DNA from: Heterostelium pallidum
Taxonomy: Eukaryota
Assembly: GCF_000004825.1 (NCBI RefSeq)
Contig: NW_008805086.1
Span: 965,410 to 1,029,409, forward strand
Reading direction: 5' to 3'
Length of the DNA stretch: 64,000 bases
In this document: positions 45,524 to 64,000 of the stretch, one piece after another
How positions within the stretch are numbered: position 1 is the first letter of the stretch
Layout: every line of letters starts with the position of its first letter
Translations under genes and position numbers: made by a program
Notes under the pieces: model-generated
Database searches by the model: none
The model's input: the letters and a program-made list of their open reading frames with translations, nothing else
What the model was told of the DNA's origin: nothing

Positions 45524-47008
45524 ATGGATGAAATTCGAAACGAAGAAAAAAAGAAACAAGTTTTTAGCTTTCTTTCAAAACATAGTGAAATTAGATTTCT
45601 TCGTGTTTTGTGGGTGGACCTGTGCAATTTAATCAGATGTAAATCAGTTCGTACCAAATGGCTTCTTGAGAATGACTTTAACTATGTATGTGTTACCAAT
45701 GCTTGTATGTCGGTGCGAGTATTCGATGATGTCATCATTGAAGAAGCTGCACCATCCACTCAGTTTGGAGAAGTCTTTTTGGTGCCAGATTGGAGCACAT
45801 TCCATGTCAACTCTTATTCAGGTGGTACAGCCTCTGTGTTTGGTGCTTTCTATACCTCTGCTCAGGATTCCACTTTGCCAACAACCAAAACTCAAGGATC
45901 ATCTTCACAAGCAACCGAGCATGCTAACAGCTCAATGATCACAAAGAATAAATTGAGTCCATGGCCATACTGTCCTAGACAAACACTATACAGAGTTCAA
46001 AAGATGTTGGCGGATATCAATGTCGGTGGGATCCAGGGACTTGAAGTTAAAGGTTCGTTCGAAGAGGAGTTCTATTTGTTATCGAAAAGCAATCCCCTCG
46101 AGCCTTTTGATCCATATTCATTTGCAAGTGTGATATCACTAAATCAATACCAAACAATACTTGACGAAATTGCACAGAACCTCGAACTACAGGGTGTTCC
46201 CGTAGAACAAATGCTTGCCGAGTCTGGACCAGCCCAATTTGAAATGACCATTCCTTACACCTCTATCATGGAGGCATGCGATCGTCACATCATCTTCCGT
46301 CAAACCGTACACGCCATCGCCGATAAGTTTGGACTGCAAGCATCATTCCTCCCCAAAGTCCATCTGAATCGTGCTGGTAGTGGTTGTCACGTGCATCTCT
46401 CACTCTGGCAAGCCGGAAACAATCTTGTTCCCGATGCATCCGACATTGACACTGGAATTTCAGTGCTAGCCAAGCGCGCCATTGCAGGTATTCTCACTCA
46501 TGCCAAGGCAATGACGCCCATACTCAATGCTAATTTGAACTCATATCATCGTCTCCAACCAAATTGTTGGTCTGGAAACACAATTACCTGGGGACTGGAC
46601 AACAAAGAGGCAATGGTTCGTATTCCTTCGTCTGCTAGCAAGTCGACCAAGGGAATCACCAACTTTGAAGTGAAAACACTCGATCACACTGCCAATCCAT
46701 ATATGGCGATCGCAGCGATCATCTGTGCTATGGCAGATGGATTAATCAGTGAGACTATTACAATGACACCACCTACCTCTGTCAACCCATCGTCTCTAAC
46801 ACAGGAACAACGTGAAGCACTCAGAATCGATCAGTTGCCAACATCACTTGAAAATGCATTAAAAGCACTCAAATCAGATGATTATCTTCTCAATATGATT
46901 GGTAGCAAGATATGCACTTCATACATTGCACACCGTCAACACGAAATAACACTTTTAAAAGATTGCTCTCATAGAGATATAATTGAAAGATATTATAAAC
47001 TATTTTAA
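45524..47008 (+). CDS. Glutamine synthetase family protein, paralogue 3 of 3 and the most diverged, 494 aa.
   Basis: Same motif set (GSFEEEFYLLS, HVHLSLWQ, NSYHRLQP, DNKEAMVRIP), with an extra Ser/Thr-rich insert. Confidence 0.8.
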   Translation: MDEIRNEEKKKQVFSFLSKHSEIRFLRVLWVDLCNLIRCKSVRTKWLLENDFNYVCVTNACMSVRVFDDVIIEEAAPSTQFGEVFLVPDWSTFHVNSYSGGTASVFGAFYTSAQDSTLPTTKTQGSSSQATEHANSSMITKNKLSPWPYCPRQTLYRVQKMLADINVGGIQGLEVKGSFEEEFYLLSKSNPLEPFDPYSFASVISLNQYQTILDEIAQNLELQGVPVEQMLAESGPAQFEMTIPYTSIMEACDRHIIFRQTVHAIADKFGLQASFLPKVHLNRAGSGCHVHLSLWQAGNNLVPDASDIDTGISVLAKRAIAGILTHAKAMTPILNANLNSYHRLQPNCWSGNTITWGLDNKEAMVRIPSSASKSTKGITNFEVKTLDHTANPYMAIAAIICAMADGLISETITMTPPTSVNPSSLTQEQREALRIDQLPTSLENALKALKSDDYLLNMIGSKICTSYIAHRQHEITLLKDCSHRDIIERYYKLF

Positions 47009-47642
47009 AATTAAATAATATTATTAAATAAACAAATCACAGCACATTTATACTAATTGTTGGTGTATTAAAATTTAGAAGTTCGAATTTTTGCAAAAAA
47101 AAAAACTTTTTAAAAAAAAATAGAAAAAATCATTTCGAGCCTGATGAATGATTTCATAGTGATCATTTTAATATTCTTTTTTATTTTTTTTTAAATTATT
47201 TAATAATATAATATTCTAAAGTAGGTCATCAAAGATTATTATTCAGGGTTAAAACAGTAGATAGATATGATATTACTACGATATATAGAATACATTTATC
47301 GATATGTCATTTAAATAAATAGATATATAAAAACAATATATAATTATTTTTAAATCAAGAAAAAGAAATAGTTTAATATATCTGGAGAAAAGAATTAAAT
47401 TGTTGAAATTCAACAGAGAGAGAGAGAATTATTAAGAAAACAGAGTCTAAATAATAATACTCTGATCGCTTTTGAAAAAAAAAAAAAAAACAATCGACAA
47501 ACAATAACAATCAAACGAATAGATATTAAAATCGATCTATCTATCTATCAATCTATCTACAGATTGTTTTTAATTATAAATTAAATCATATATTATTTAT
47601 AAATAATGATGTATATCTTTAGTACTAACTAAATTTATTAAT

Positions 47643-47876
47643 ATGAGTATAGAAATGACTATTACAAACGATACCAAGTTTTCAGAGTTCCTCACATACA
47701 CCAAGAACAACTTCAACAAGAAGGGATTGTGCGGTGTCTATGATTGGTATCACTCAAAGTACATCAAGACCGGTAGATTCGCTCCAATCATTCACTGTAT
47801 GGTTGGTGTTACCCTTTTTTCATATGTTATTAGACATCAAAGAATCGAACACCACAAGACTGCCCCATATCACTAA
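47643..47876 (+). CDS. Hypothetical small protein of 77 aa with one predicted TM helix.
   Basis: ORF with ATG in a taatATGa context. Hydrophobic segment FAPIIHCMVGVTLFSYVI. No homologue recognised. Confidence 0.35.
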   Translation: MSIEMTITNDTKFSEFLTYTKNNFNKKGLCGVYDWYHSKYIKTGRFAPIIHCMVGVTLFSYVIRHQRIEHHKTAPYH

Positions 47877-47973
47877 ACAACTATATTATTATTACTATTT
47901 AATATATTTACTTTGTTATTATAACACTTAGCTTTAGCACAACAGCAACAGCAACAACATCATTAAACACCTG

Positions 47974-48005
<32 letters not shown>

Positions 48006-48249
48006 AAATAAATCAATTTATAAAAACAAAAAAAACTAGAATGTTGTAACCATTTGATAGATGTAAATGCATCATTTTTTGATAAATGTTTATTTGGTAT
48101 TGTTCAGACAAGTTGATCGATAAATAAACAAACATCAATGTTAATGTTTTTTTTTTTTTTTTTTTTTTTGATGAAGAATGTAAATACATAAGGATGACTT
48201 CTTTATTGTTTTCATTATCAAGTGCTACTAATAATAGTTATTAATATTA

Positions 48250-48849
48250 ATGGATACAGATACTAATCATTTAAATGTTAAAAGAGATATTCTAGAAAGA
48301 GATAGAGTACTTAGAAATTATTTTGTATTGGTGGATTGGAAATCGGATGACGCTTTATTTCGTTTGAAAAGAAGATTGGTTACTGGCGAGCCAATTCACC
48401 CCCATGAATACTATCAATATTTGTATGAAGATAGTTGGTCTGGTTCAATCAACAACGGATTAAATGATAGTCTTGTATTCACAGATGGCCAGGAGAGATT
48501 CCTTATCCTGTTGGTTCACACAAACGATTCAAAGAAAATCATTGGTTCTCAGAAATACAAGATGATTGATAGAATCGGTAAATGGGTAGACAAAACACCT
48601 TCTAAATTAATCGATGTTGGTGTTATTACATCATCTTCCAACCAATACAAGGCAATAGGCCATTTAAAATTAGAAAGTACCAACATTAATGATGTCGACA
48701 TGTCCAATATCGAAGTAGATATTGACATTGAAAGACAAACCATCAACAATTATGTTTGGTACGGTAATGCCCCATCTGACTATCTACTTTATTGCGATGA
48801 TCACAAAGTGGAAGAGGTTACAGAGATTATTTCAGATTTGGAAATTTGA
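48250..48849 (+). CDS. Hypothetical protein, 199 aa.
   Basis: ORF with ATG in an attaatATGg context, coding-like composition, no recognisable domain. Confidence 0.4.
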   Translation: MDTDTNHLNVKRDILERDRVLRNYFVLVDWKSDDALFRLKRRLVTGEPIHPHEYYQYLYEDSWSGSINNGLNDSLVFTDGQERFLILLVHTNDSKKIIGSQKYKMIDRIGKWVDKTPSKLIDVGVITSSSNQYKAIGHLKLESTNINDVDMSNIEVDIDIERQTINNYVWYGNAPSDYLLYCDDHKVEEVTEIISDLEI

Positions 48850-48973
48850 ATATTTTTGCATATTAAAGGTTAGAATAAAAGTTTTATTATATATATTTAC
48901 AATTGATATTATTCAATTGAATTTTAAAAAGTACTGTTTAGTTGTACATGTGTGTATTACTTATTTAATTAAT

Positions 48974-50297
48974 TTAGTTTTGTGATTTATAATTCTTTAA
49001 GAAATAAAATCCATTTTTATCTTGTTCGAAATAAACTGGTTTCCAAACTTCACCTTTTTGTTTTCTTTCTGCGGTAATCTTACGTTGTGCTTCCTCTACT
49101 TTGGTCTTCTCTTTGGTGATTGTCTTGGCAGATGTTCCACTGTCCAACTTGTCTGCCTCGAACACACCTTTCCATACGATGCTAGAGTCGGTTGGAAGGA
49201 GTACCTCTGGACCTCTCATTGCACCTTGTTTCATGGTTCGTCTGTCCCAGAGTATCTTGTAGTCGTCCTTCTTGTATTCTGAGATCTTGGCAATCTCATC
49301 CCATTGTCCTTTGATCTTGAAGATTTTGTCTTTTCCATTGTATATGGTTGTATCAAATGTATTGTATGATCCATACAGCAATGGCTTTGGATGGAATACT
49401 GATTTGCATTTGAGTGATGAGGTGTTTACTGTAAGCTTTGACTTTCCAACGTACTCACTGAAACTTCTAAAGATTCGAACAGCCATGCTCGGACAGGTAC
49501 CAGTGTAGACTTCGTTGTACTTATCGAAACGAATTCGAACGGTTCCTTCGAAGGACAGCTTGGCGTATGTACCCATGAAGGTTGATTTAACTTGGTCGTG
49601 GTAGCTAACATAGATTCCAGCCTCCTTGTTGTAGACAGTGGAACAAGAGATGGGTGGGTGATGGGAAATCTGCTCACAGAAGAACGTACAAGAGTTACTT
49701 GCTCCTTTGCTGTCTGGTGAGTCATCGTCAATATCATCCTCTCCACTCGTCTTGTTGTTATTGTCCGACTGTTGTTCATGTTCAAAAATGATGTCACCTT
49801 CGTAAGTCTCTGAAAGCACTGGATTTAATGGTTTACGCATATTGTCTTCAGGTAACCGACATGCTGTAAATAAATATTTTACAACTTGAATGAATCTTTC
49901 TTGTTTATCTTCTATTTCATTTGCCCTATTGTTAGTGTGTTCAAATAAAATATTGTGATTAGGAATTGGATGATTAGGCAAATAAACATGTGTTTTTCTC
50001 AACATACTTTAAAAGGATATCGAAATAAGATGAATAATATTCGGCGAAATAACTTAGAGCTGATTTAGGTAGGATGAAAGCACCTGGTACTGTCATAGAG
50101 GTAAGGTCAGCTCCAAAACCAATTTTTTTGATGACACTGGTCAACACTGTAAATCTGGATTGATTTTCCATTTGGTCATCAATCTCATCTATATTCAAAG
50201 CATTCTCGGTCTTTGGTGTTGTCAATTCTTTTTTCAATTCCTCTGGTATATCCTCTCCGACATCCTCGACTTCAACTTTTTTACTTTTTTTCCCCAT
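48974..50297 (-). CDS. Oxysterol-binding protein-related protein (short ORP). Exons are complement(join(48974..49925,50008..50297)).
   Basis: OSBP fingerprint EQISHHPPIS and KPLNPVLSETYEG. Two ORFs overlap at 49974-50005 in different frames and are resolved by an 82-nt GTATGT...CAATAG intron (49926-50007) that keeps phase. Confidence 0.8.
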
Positions 50298-51508
50298 GTT
50301 TTCTTTCTTTATTTATTATTGATTCTCTCTCTCTCTCTAAAAAAAAAACTATTCTATAAATAAATTTATTAATATTATGTTTTTGCAGATAGTTAAATTG
50401 ATTTGAATAATTAGTGTCATTTAATTTTTAAAAGTGCTTAATTTTTTTTATTTTTTTATTTTTTGGGGTGGTTATTAAATCTTTTGTGTTGGTGGTATTA
50501 TGATGATGTTATTACCAATTTAGTGAACTGTTTGTTGTGTTTATATCATCAAGTATTTGTTTATCACAAATTAGTGAAGATTGTTATTATTAAAAAAATA
50601 ACAAGAATTGAATTCGTACGAGGTCTCACCTGTTTGTTGTTTAAATATTTACCTATTATATAAATTTGTTTAATTAAGCCTTAAAGGGTCAAAGTTGCTA
50701 ATGAAAAATAATTAAAAAAAAAGATTTTTGTTGTAGTTATCTACCTTTTGATGAACTAAAAGTAAATTATTAATTGAAGTAATGCTTTTATATTAAGAGA
50801 AGTTTCTTTAAAGTTGCCAACAACAGCAAAAAAAACGGTAAACATTTTATAATCAAATTAATTACGTGTAATATATGAAAATTTTTTTTTTTTTCGGAAT
50901 TTACTGTTTCAAAATTAGATATTTGCAATTTTTTTTTTTAGTCGCACTATCATGATGGCATTTATAAATTTATCATCAAAAATATTATCTTTGTTATAAT
51001 GTCTTGAATATTAAATATTAATTAATTAAATAAAAACTTTTTTTTCACTTTATTTATAGTTTTTATTTTTAGTTAGAATGAATTTTTCAATGCATTGACA
51101 AATAATAATTTAATGATACATATCTTCTTTTTGATGATTTAAATTTAAATCGATTCAAAGATTGAAAAAAAAAAAAATAGAAAAAATTGTGAAAAAAAAA
51201 ATCTTTCTTTATTTTTTCTATGATTTTTAAAGAAAGTGAAAACAATGAAATGCACCCCCTCTTTATATGGTGCAAGGTGGCTTTTTGGTCAGCCTGACAT
51301 TTCAAATTAACTTTAAGATTTTTGAAATTATTGATGAATTTACTATACTTTAAAATTTTTTTAATTTAATTTATAGTAGTTATTGTTATTTTGAAGTTTG
51401 TGAATTATTTATATAGATAAAAATATTTATAATAAGTTTATTTAAAGATTAAGTGATTTTAGTTTATAACAACTAAAATCAGATTTGTAAAGTTTTTTTT
51501 TTTTTAAA

Positions 51509-58655
<7,147 letters not shown>

Positions 58656-58711
58656 AATCAATAAACATCGTAGACAAATTTGATTAAACAAAAACAAAAA
58701 TTAGAACTTTC

Positions 58712-61700
58712 TCATTTCTTTTTATTAAACTTTTTCTTTTCGTTGTTATTCTTTGAATTATTCTTTCCAATGCTGAAATTTTGAGATGAATTTGTCGTCG
58801 ACTTTGAAGATTTACTCTTTGAGTTAAAAATCATGTCAATATCATCCATATCTGCATCTTGATTTGATTGATCATTCATATCATCGCTACCAATCTTTTC
58901 TTTTTTAACTTTAACTGGTACCTTATCTTCATCTTCATCTTCATTTTCATCTTTGTTAGAATGTTGATAAATATTCTTTTGTTTCTTTAGTGGTTGTTGT
59001 TGTTGTTGTTTGGTGCTGGTAGTACTGGCACCATCATCCTCTAAGATATCTTGGAAGAGTTTTCTCTTTTTATCGGTGGTTGCTTGCGAACTTGCCCATT
59101 GATCCTTCTTTTTCTTAAAGACGTTGATGTGACAGATCAAGAGAACATAACGACCAGCGGGTGTGCTGAACAGACGTGGCTCTTCTTTGGCCAACTCCTC
59201 ACAGATCATCTCCCTAAGACTGAGATCGGATAACTTGTAGATTCTCTCCATTACAAAGGATCCGCATTTATCAACACCTATATCTGGGAATCTACCCTTT
59301 AACTTTTTGATGAACTGGTGCTTTCTCTCTACTGTGATACCGCAATCCAAGAATGCATCCAATACTTTGCTACCGACTGGATCGACTGCCATCACCACCA
59401 ACTGATCGCTTTCCAATTTCATAAAACTATCGATAATATATTGAGTGTAATCAACATTAAAGAATAACAATTTTTGTAAGATAATCGCACCACACATTGA
59501 ATACTAAAATGATTATTTAAAAAATATTAATATTAATGTTTTGCCAGTCACCTGGTAAATAATAGAAAAGAAGATAATACCTTTTTGTTCTCTGTAATAT
59601 TATGTTCAAGATATAATAACTTGTTTACAATATCTTTGATATCAGTTTGAACGTTTGGTAATACTGCTGCATTCAATATCTTTATCAACTCTCTTTGTTG
59701 TGCATTCATTCTTAAACAACATTCAACCAATTTTTGAACGATTTGACCTCTTCCCATATCTAGATATCATCAGCAGCAGTAGTAATAGATTCAATTGTAT
59801 TAATAGACAGAATCAAATACAACATATCTAAATATAAATACCTATTAGTTTTTTAAAATTGTCTTTAAGCTCTTGGATCAATGTTGCCAATTGTGCATTA
59901 TCTCTAACGTTTTCAATCAATGATTTAACAACATGATTCGATACTAAATCCTCAGAGAACTTTACCAACTGCAATCTCATCAATGAGAATATTCTTGAAT
60001 AACTTGTGTTTGGACATGACTATTTGATAACAATAAGTTAGTTAAACTATAATTATGGAATATTTATAAATATTCGTACCTTTAAAATAGATTCAAAAAT
60101 AAGAGAACCAAACTTATTATAGATAACCTCTAAGAATCTATCTTTTTCAGTTTGACCTTCATTCTGTGGTGTTAAAATGGTATCGAGAATACTGTTGAAT
60201 AGTTCGGTGTTACTGCAAGATAGCTCAATGATTGTCTTTATAGTCTCTCTTGTCTTATTGTTGAAAATCAATAAAGGTAGTTTCTCTTTCAACGTTTCAT
60301 GAATAGTAGTCAAAGCAGCTTGGATCTTCTCTTTATATGCAGTAGGTGCTTCATATGATTGAACTATTATCTCTCTTTGTTTTTCTTCTTCTGATTGCTA
60401 TAAAATTGTGTGATTTGTTTATAACTATATAAATAAAACTTCTATTGGTATCACGATATTGTTGATTACCTACATTATGTTTACTTCCTTTCGATGTTGA
60501 AAACTTCTCGGTAACGGTACCACTCATAATATTGAATAACTTTGATAATACAAATGGTGCACTTCTATCTTCAATTACACTACTGATATTTTCAACAAGA
60601 ATCTAAAAAAAAAGAAAAAAAAAAAAATATTTATTAGATAAAATAAACATAAATATTATATATTATTAATACTTACATCAACAAGTTTAAATAAGATCTC
60701 TTGGAATTTGATAAGATCAGATTTCTTGGCTTTGGCAATGATTACAGGGATTTGAACAATGATAGACTCCAACACTCTGGAACCATTGACGTGAGTGGCA
60801 ACTACCATAAAGTCGTATTGTAGCATCGAAGCAATCATGATAATCTGTGATGGCAATGCACGCTTCAAAATACCTTCTAGGATGAAACTACAGATACGAT
60901 CTGTAGCAACCAATGTTGCTTTGCTCTCGATCTCTTTCAGTGCATTCTCAATGATGATATTATGATCTAACTCGTCGGTATCGTCATCGTAATCCTTTGG
61001 TTTATCGGTGATAACCTCATTGATCTTCTCTAAATAGTTTCTGGTTTGTGTATCGACCTCTGTTACTTTGAAACTCTTCTTTTCTGTTGTAGTATCGGTA
61101 TTATCTTCATTGTCATCCTGTTGTTGTTTTTCATTGTAGAATGGGTTATCACCGCCGCCGCCTCTTTTGTTTCCACCTTCTCTTTTGGTTTGTGATTGCT
61201 GCTGTCCACCAGAGTAGAATTGATTATCGGCTGCATCCTTTCTTCTATTGTTTCCGCTGTTGTTGTTGTTTCCATCTACGCCTGGACAATCTCTTGAAAT
61301 ATGACCTGGTTGATTACATTTGAAACAATTACGATCGTTTCCACCAGCTCTACTTGAGATAGAGGACGATGACTCTGGACAATCTCTCGAAATATGACCG
61401 GTTTGATTACATTTGTAACAACTACGATCGTTTCCACCAGCTCTACTTGAGATAGAGGACGATGCCTCTGGACAATCTCTCGAAATATGGCCAGTTTGAT
61501 TACATTTGAAACAAGCACGATCATGACCAGTACTACCACCCTTTTGATTTCCTCTATTACCTCCATTATATTGGTTATTATTGTTATTATTATTTTTATA
61601 ACCACCTGACGATGCCTCAGGGCAATCTCTAGATATATGACCTGTCTGATTACATTTGAAACAAGCACGATCATTTCCTGCTCCTCCACCCGAACTACGA

Positions 61701-61885
61701 TCGTTTCCACCAGCTCTACTTGAGGAAGATGACGATGCCTCAGGGCAATCTCTCGAAATATGACCTGTCTGATTACATTTGAAACAAGCACGATCATGAC
61801 CTGTTCCTCCACCTTTTTGATTACCTCTAGGTCCTCTATTACCTTTCTTATCTATTCTAAAAAAATCATCATTATTATCTGACAT
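58712..61885 (-). CDS. Nop9-like Pumilio-repeat RNA-binding protein with six N-terminal CCHC zinc knuckles. Exons are complement(join(58712..59503,59581..59759,59842..60019,60080..60397,60474..60602,60677..61885)).
   Basis: Six C-X2-C-X4-H-X4-C units (CFKCNQTGHISRDCPE) sit in exon 1, followed by Puf-type repeats (NGSRVLESII, DPVGSKVLDAFLD, DKCGSFVMERIYK). Five AT-rich introns of 60-82 nt all keep phase. The C-terminus is a Lys/Asn/Asp low-complexity tail. Confidence 0.75.
61280..61830. repeat. Tandem ~120-bp nucleotide repeats encoding the CCHC zinc-knuckle units of the Nop9-like gene.
   Basis: The block 'ggacaatctct(c/a)gaaatatgacc.gt.tgattacatttg(a/t)aacaa..acgatc...ccaccagctctacttgagatagaggacgatg' recurs four to five times. 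Confidence 0.7.
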
Positions 61886-62155
61886 TCTGAAAAATATATA
61901 TTTATTATTAAATAAAAATAAAATAAATACAATATTTTAACCAACATTTAATTTATTCTTTGTCGTTCGTTTTTTTTTTTTTTTTTCTAAATTTTTCAAT
62001 AATTTTAATAGACCATTATTCGAACGTTACTCAAAATTTTGACTTTTGGTAATTTGGTGTGTGATCAAAAATATGAATTGAACTCTAAATTTTATTTAAT
62101 TTTTTTTAATATTTAATCATCTTTATATTATTTATTATTTTAAGTGTATAAAGAA

Positions 62156-62782
62156 ATGAGTACAACTACAACTACAACTAATACACCAGCAAACAATGCA
62201 CCGAAACCAGTAAATACAGCAAATATACCAAATTTTAAGAAATGGACAATCATATACCCACATTACATTAATTCAGAGTTGACCAAGGACGAAGGAAGAA
62301 GAACTGCTAAAGATAAATCCGTTAAGAATCCAGGTATAGAAGAGATTGCTAGATGTTGTGGTGCAGCTGGTCTGTCTGCTGTTATTGAAGTACGTTACCC
62401 CAATCCAAACTGAATAATCTATTTATCAATGAACTAATATGAAATTAAATAATACAATCAAATATAGAGTACAAAAGGTTATCCATCTGATTTCTTCCAA
62501 AGAGGTAGAGTTAGAGTTCAAATGTTAAATGACCAAGGTGCACCAATAATCCCAACTATTAAGAATAGTATGTTTTAACTACAACAATTGATAGATTTTT
62601 TATTATACTTATATTATTTCTATAAAATAGAAACTGAATTGATGTTATTTATTGCTGAAAAGATTAAATTAGTCAATCCAAATCGTCCAGAAAACTTTAA
62701 TCCAATATCATTACTAAATCTTCCCCAACCAGCAGTCAAGAAAGACAAAGAAGAAAAGAAAAAGAAGAAAGGAAAAAATTAA
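62156..62782 (+). CDS. srp19: Signal recognition particle 19 kDa protein. Exons are join(62156..62389,62468..62567,62631..62782).
   Basis: KKWTIIYPHYINSELTKDEGRRTAKDKSVKNPGIEEIARCCGAAGL and KGYPSDFFQRGRVRVQ match the SRP19 family. There is a Lys-rich C-terminal tail. Introns are 78 and 63 nt. Confidence 0.85.
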
Positions 62783-64000
62783 ATGTAAAAATAAATTAAA
62801 CAAGCAATCACGATAAATCAATTCATAAAAGACAGATTCAGTTTGGAAAAGAAATAATATTTGAAAATTGTTTAAATTTAGTTTCACGAAGTGATCTTTA
62901 ACTTTGCATCTGCAATGGTTGTGGTAGTTAATCCAAGTGGAATACATAAGTAATTCATTTCAAACAGCAATAGATAATAAATTTTAATTATTTTTTTGAT
63001 AATTGTGGACGTTCCAACTGAAATAGTATGATATAAGAGTTTTATTTTAATCTCTCATCTTATTCGATTTCAAAGGATGTTGTTGTTGTCTATTGTTTGC
63101 ATTCCTTTGTCTAATTGCAAATTTATTATTATTATCCTAAATTAAATTTGCATTCCTTTGTCTAATTTAATTTGCTCTATATAGATGATATTATCAAAGA
63201 AAAAAAAAGATAAGTCGATATAGTTCTTTTTATCGACAATCTCTATCTAAACAACATACATGTTGACGATAATGATCGAGACAAACACACAGCAGATTCA
63301 TCTTTTTTTTACCATCCCATATTAATTTTCGACTTCCACCACACTAATTTTTCAATTTCAAAATTTTTTTCAAAGTTAACTTGCTTCCACTCATATAAAA
63401 ATTTCAAAACATTGTGTGACAAAGTTCACAAAACATGCATTTTTTAGCTTTTTTTTGACTTAAAAAAAAATTTTAAACTGCATCATAATTTTATGTATAT
63501 AAAAAAAAAAAAAATAAGATTTTAAATAAATAACTTCATATTATCTTATTTGAAGTCATAAATCTATTTTTTTTAATTTATTTTAAATTTTAATTCAATT
63601 ATTTCTTGTATTTTTAAATTTATTTTATTTTATTTTATTTTTTTTTTCGAAAAAATTCGAAAATTCAATTGAAATTTTTTTTATTTCATTCTTTTTTTTA
63701 AAATTAAATTAAGTTAAAAAGATATAGATGAAATAACAGGGTATAGAATGATACAGCAAACAACAAAGACACATGATATACTTTTTTTTTTACTGCGATT
63801 CAACAAAATTTAGTCAAAAAAATAAAAAAAAATAAAGTATTTTACTGGCGATATTAAATTAATATGATGGAAAAAGGGTAAAATCAAGATTTTTATGTGG
63901 ATGGGAGGTGGTATTACTCCAACCCACCTTCATATTATCATTTAACCATTCCAAAATTTTGAGTTGAAATTTTTTATTTTTATTTTTGGGGTTGTGGGGA

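Overview
This window is AT-rich eukaryotic nuclear DNA from a dictyostelid social amoeba (Dictyostelium/Polysphondylium-like), not a prokaryotic locus. The supporting signs are short AT-rich GTAAGT...AG introns, AAAATG start contexts, CAA/AAT codon-repeat tracts and poly-Asn/Gln/Thr proteins. I found about 26 protein-coding genes on both strands and no rRNA, tRNA or CRISPR. Coordinates come from the supplied ORF track and were extended by hand through introns, checking phase at each junction; splice sites carry roughly +/-2 nt uncertainty.

Confidently recognised genes:
- DNA topoisomerase II (runs off the window start)
- a TIPARP-like mono-ADP-ribosyltransferase
- a clan GH-A glycoside hydrolase
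- an ARMC1-like ARM/HMA protein
- cornichon
- a carbonyl-reductase SDR
- ORC3 (8 exons)
- CDC123
- ribokinase
- a 2OG-Fe(II) oxygenase
- three tandem glutamine-synthetase-like paralogues
- an OSBP-related protein
- a vault-PARP (PARP4)-like giant protein
- a Nop9-like Puf protein
- SRP19

Most unusual observations:
- A GT4 glycosyltransferase ORF appears to be spliced in phase, through a 68-nt intron, onto a complete cytosolic-type sulfotransferase domain, giving a predicted bifunctional type-II membrane enzyme.
- The PARP4-like protein carries a tail with a proline-rich stretch, a WH2-like motif and seven copies of the RNA polymerase II CTD heptad Y-S-P-T-S-P-S (first copy YSPTAPS, six exact), encoded by perfect 21-bp tandem repeats.
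- The Nop9-like protein has six N-terminal CCHC zinc knuckles.
- A near-perfect ~200-bp inverted repeat, built from a copy of the ORC3 3' UTR plus a duplicated ORC3 exon fragment, brackets a small secreted Cys-rich protein gene.
- There are two apparent single-A homopolymer frameshifts or missing starts.
- There is a three-exon gene with a faint DDE-transposase-like signature.
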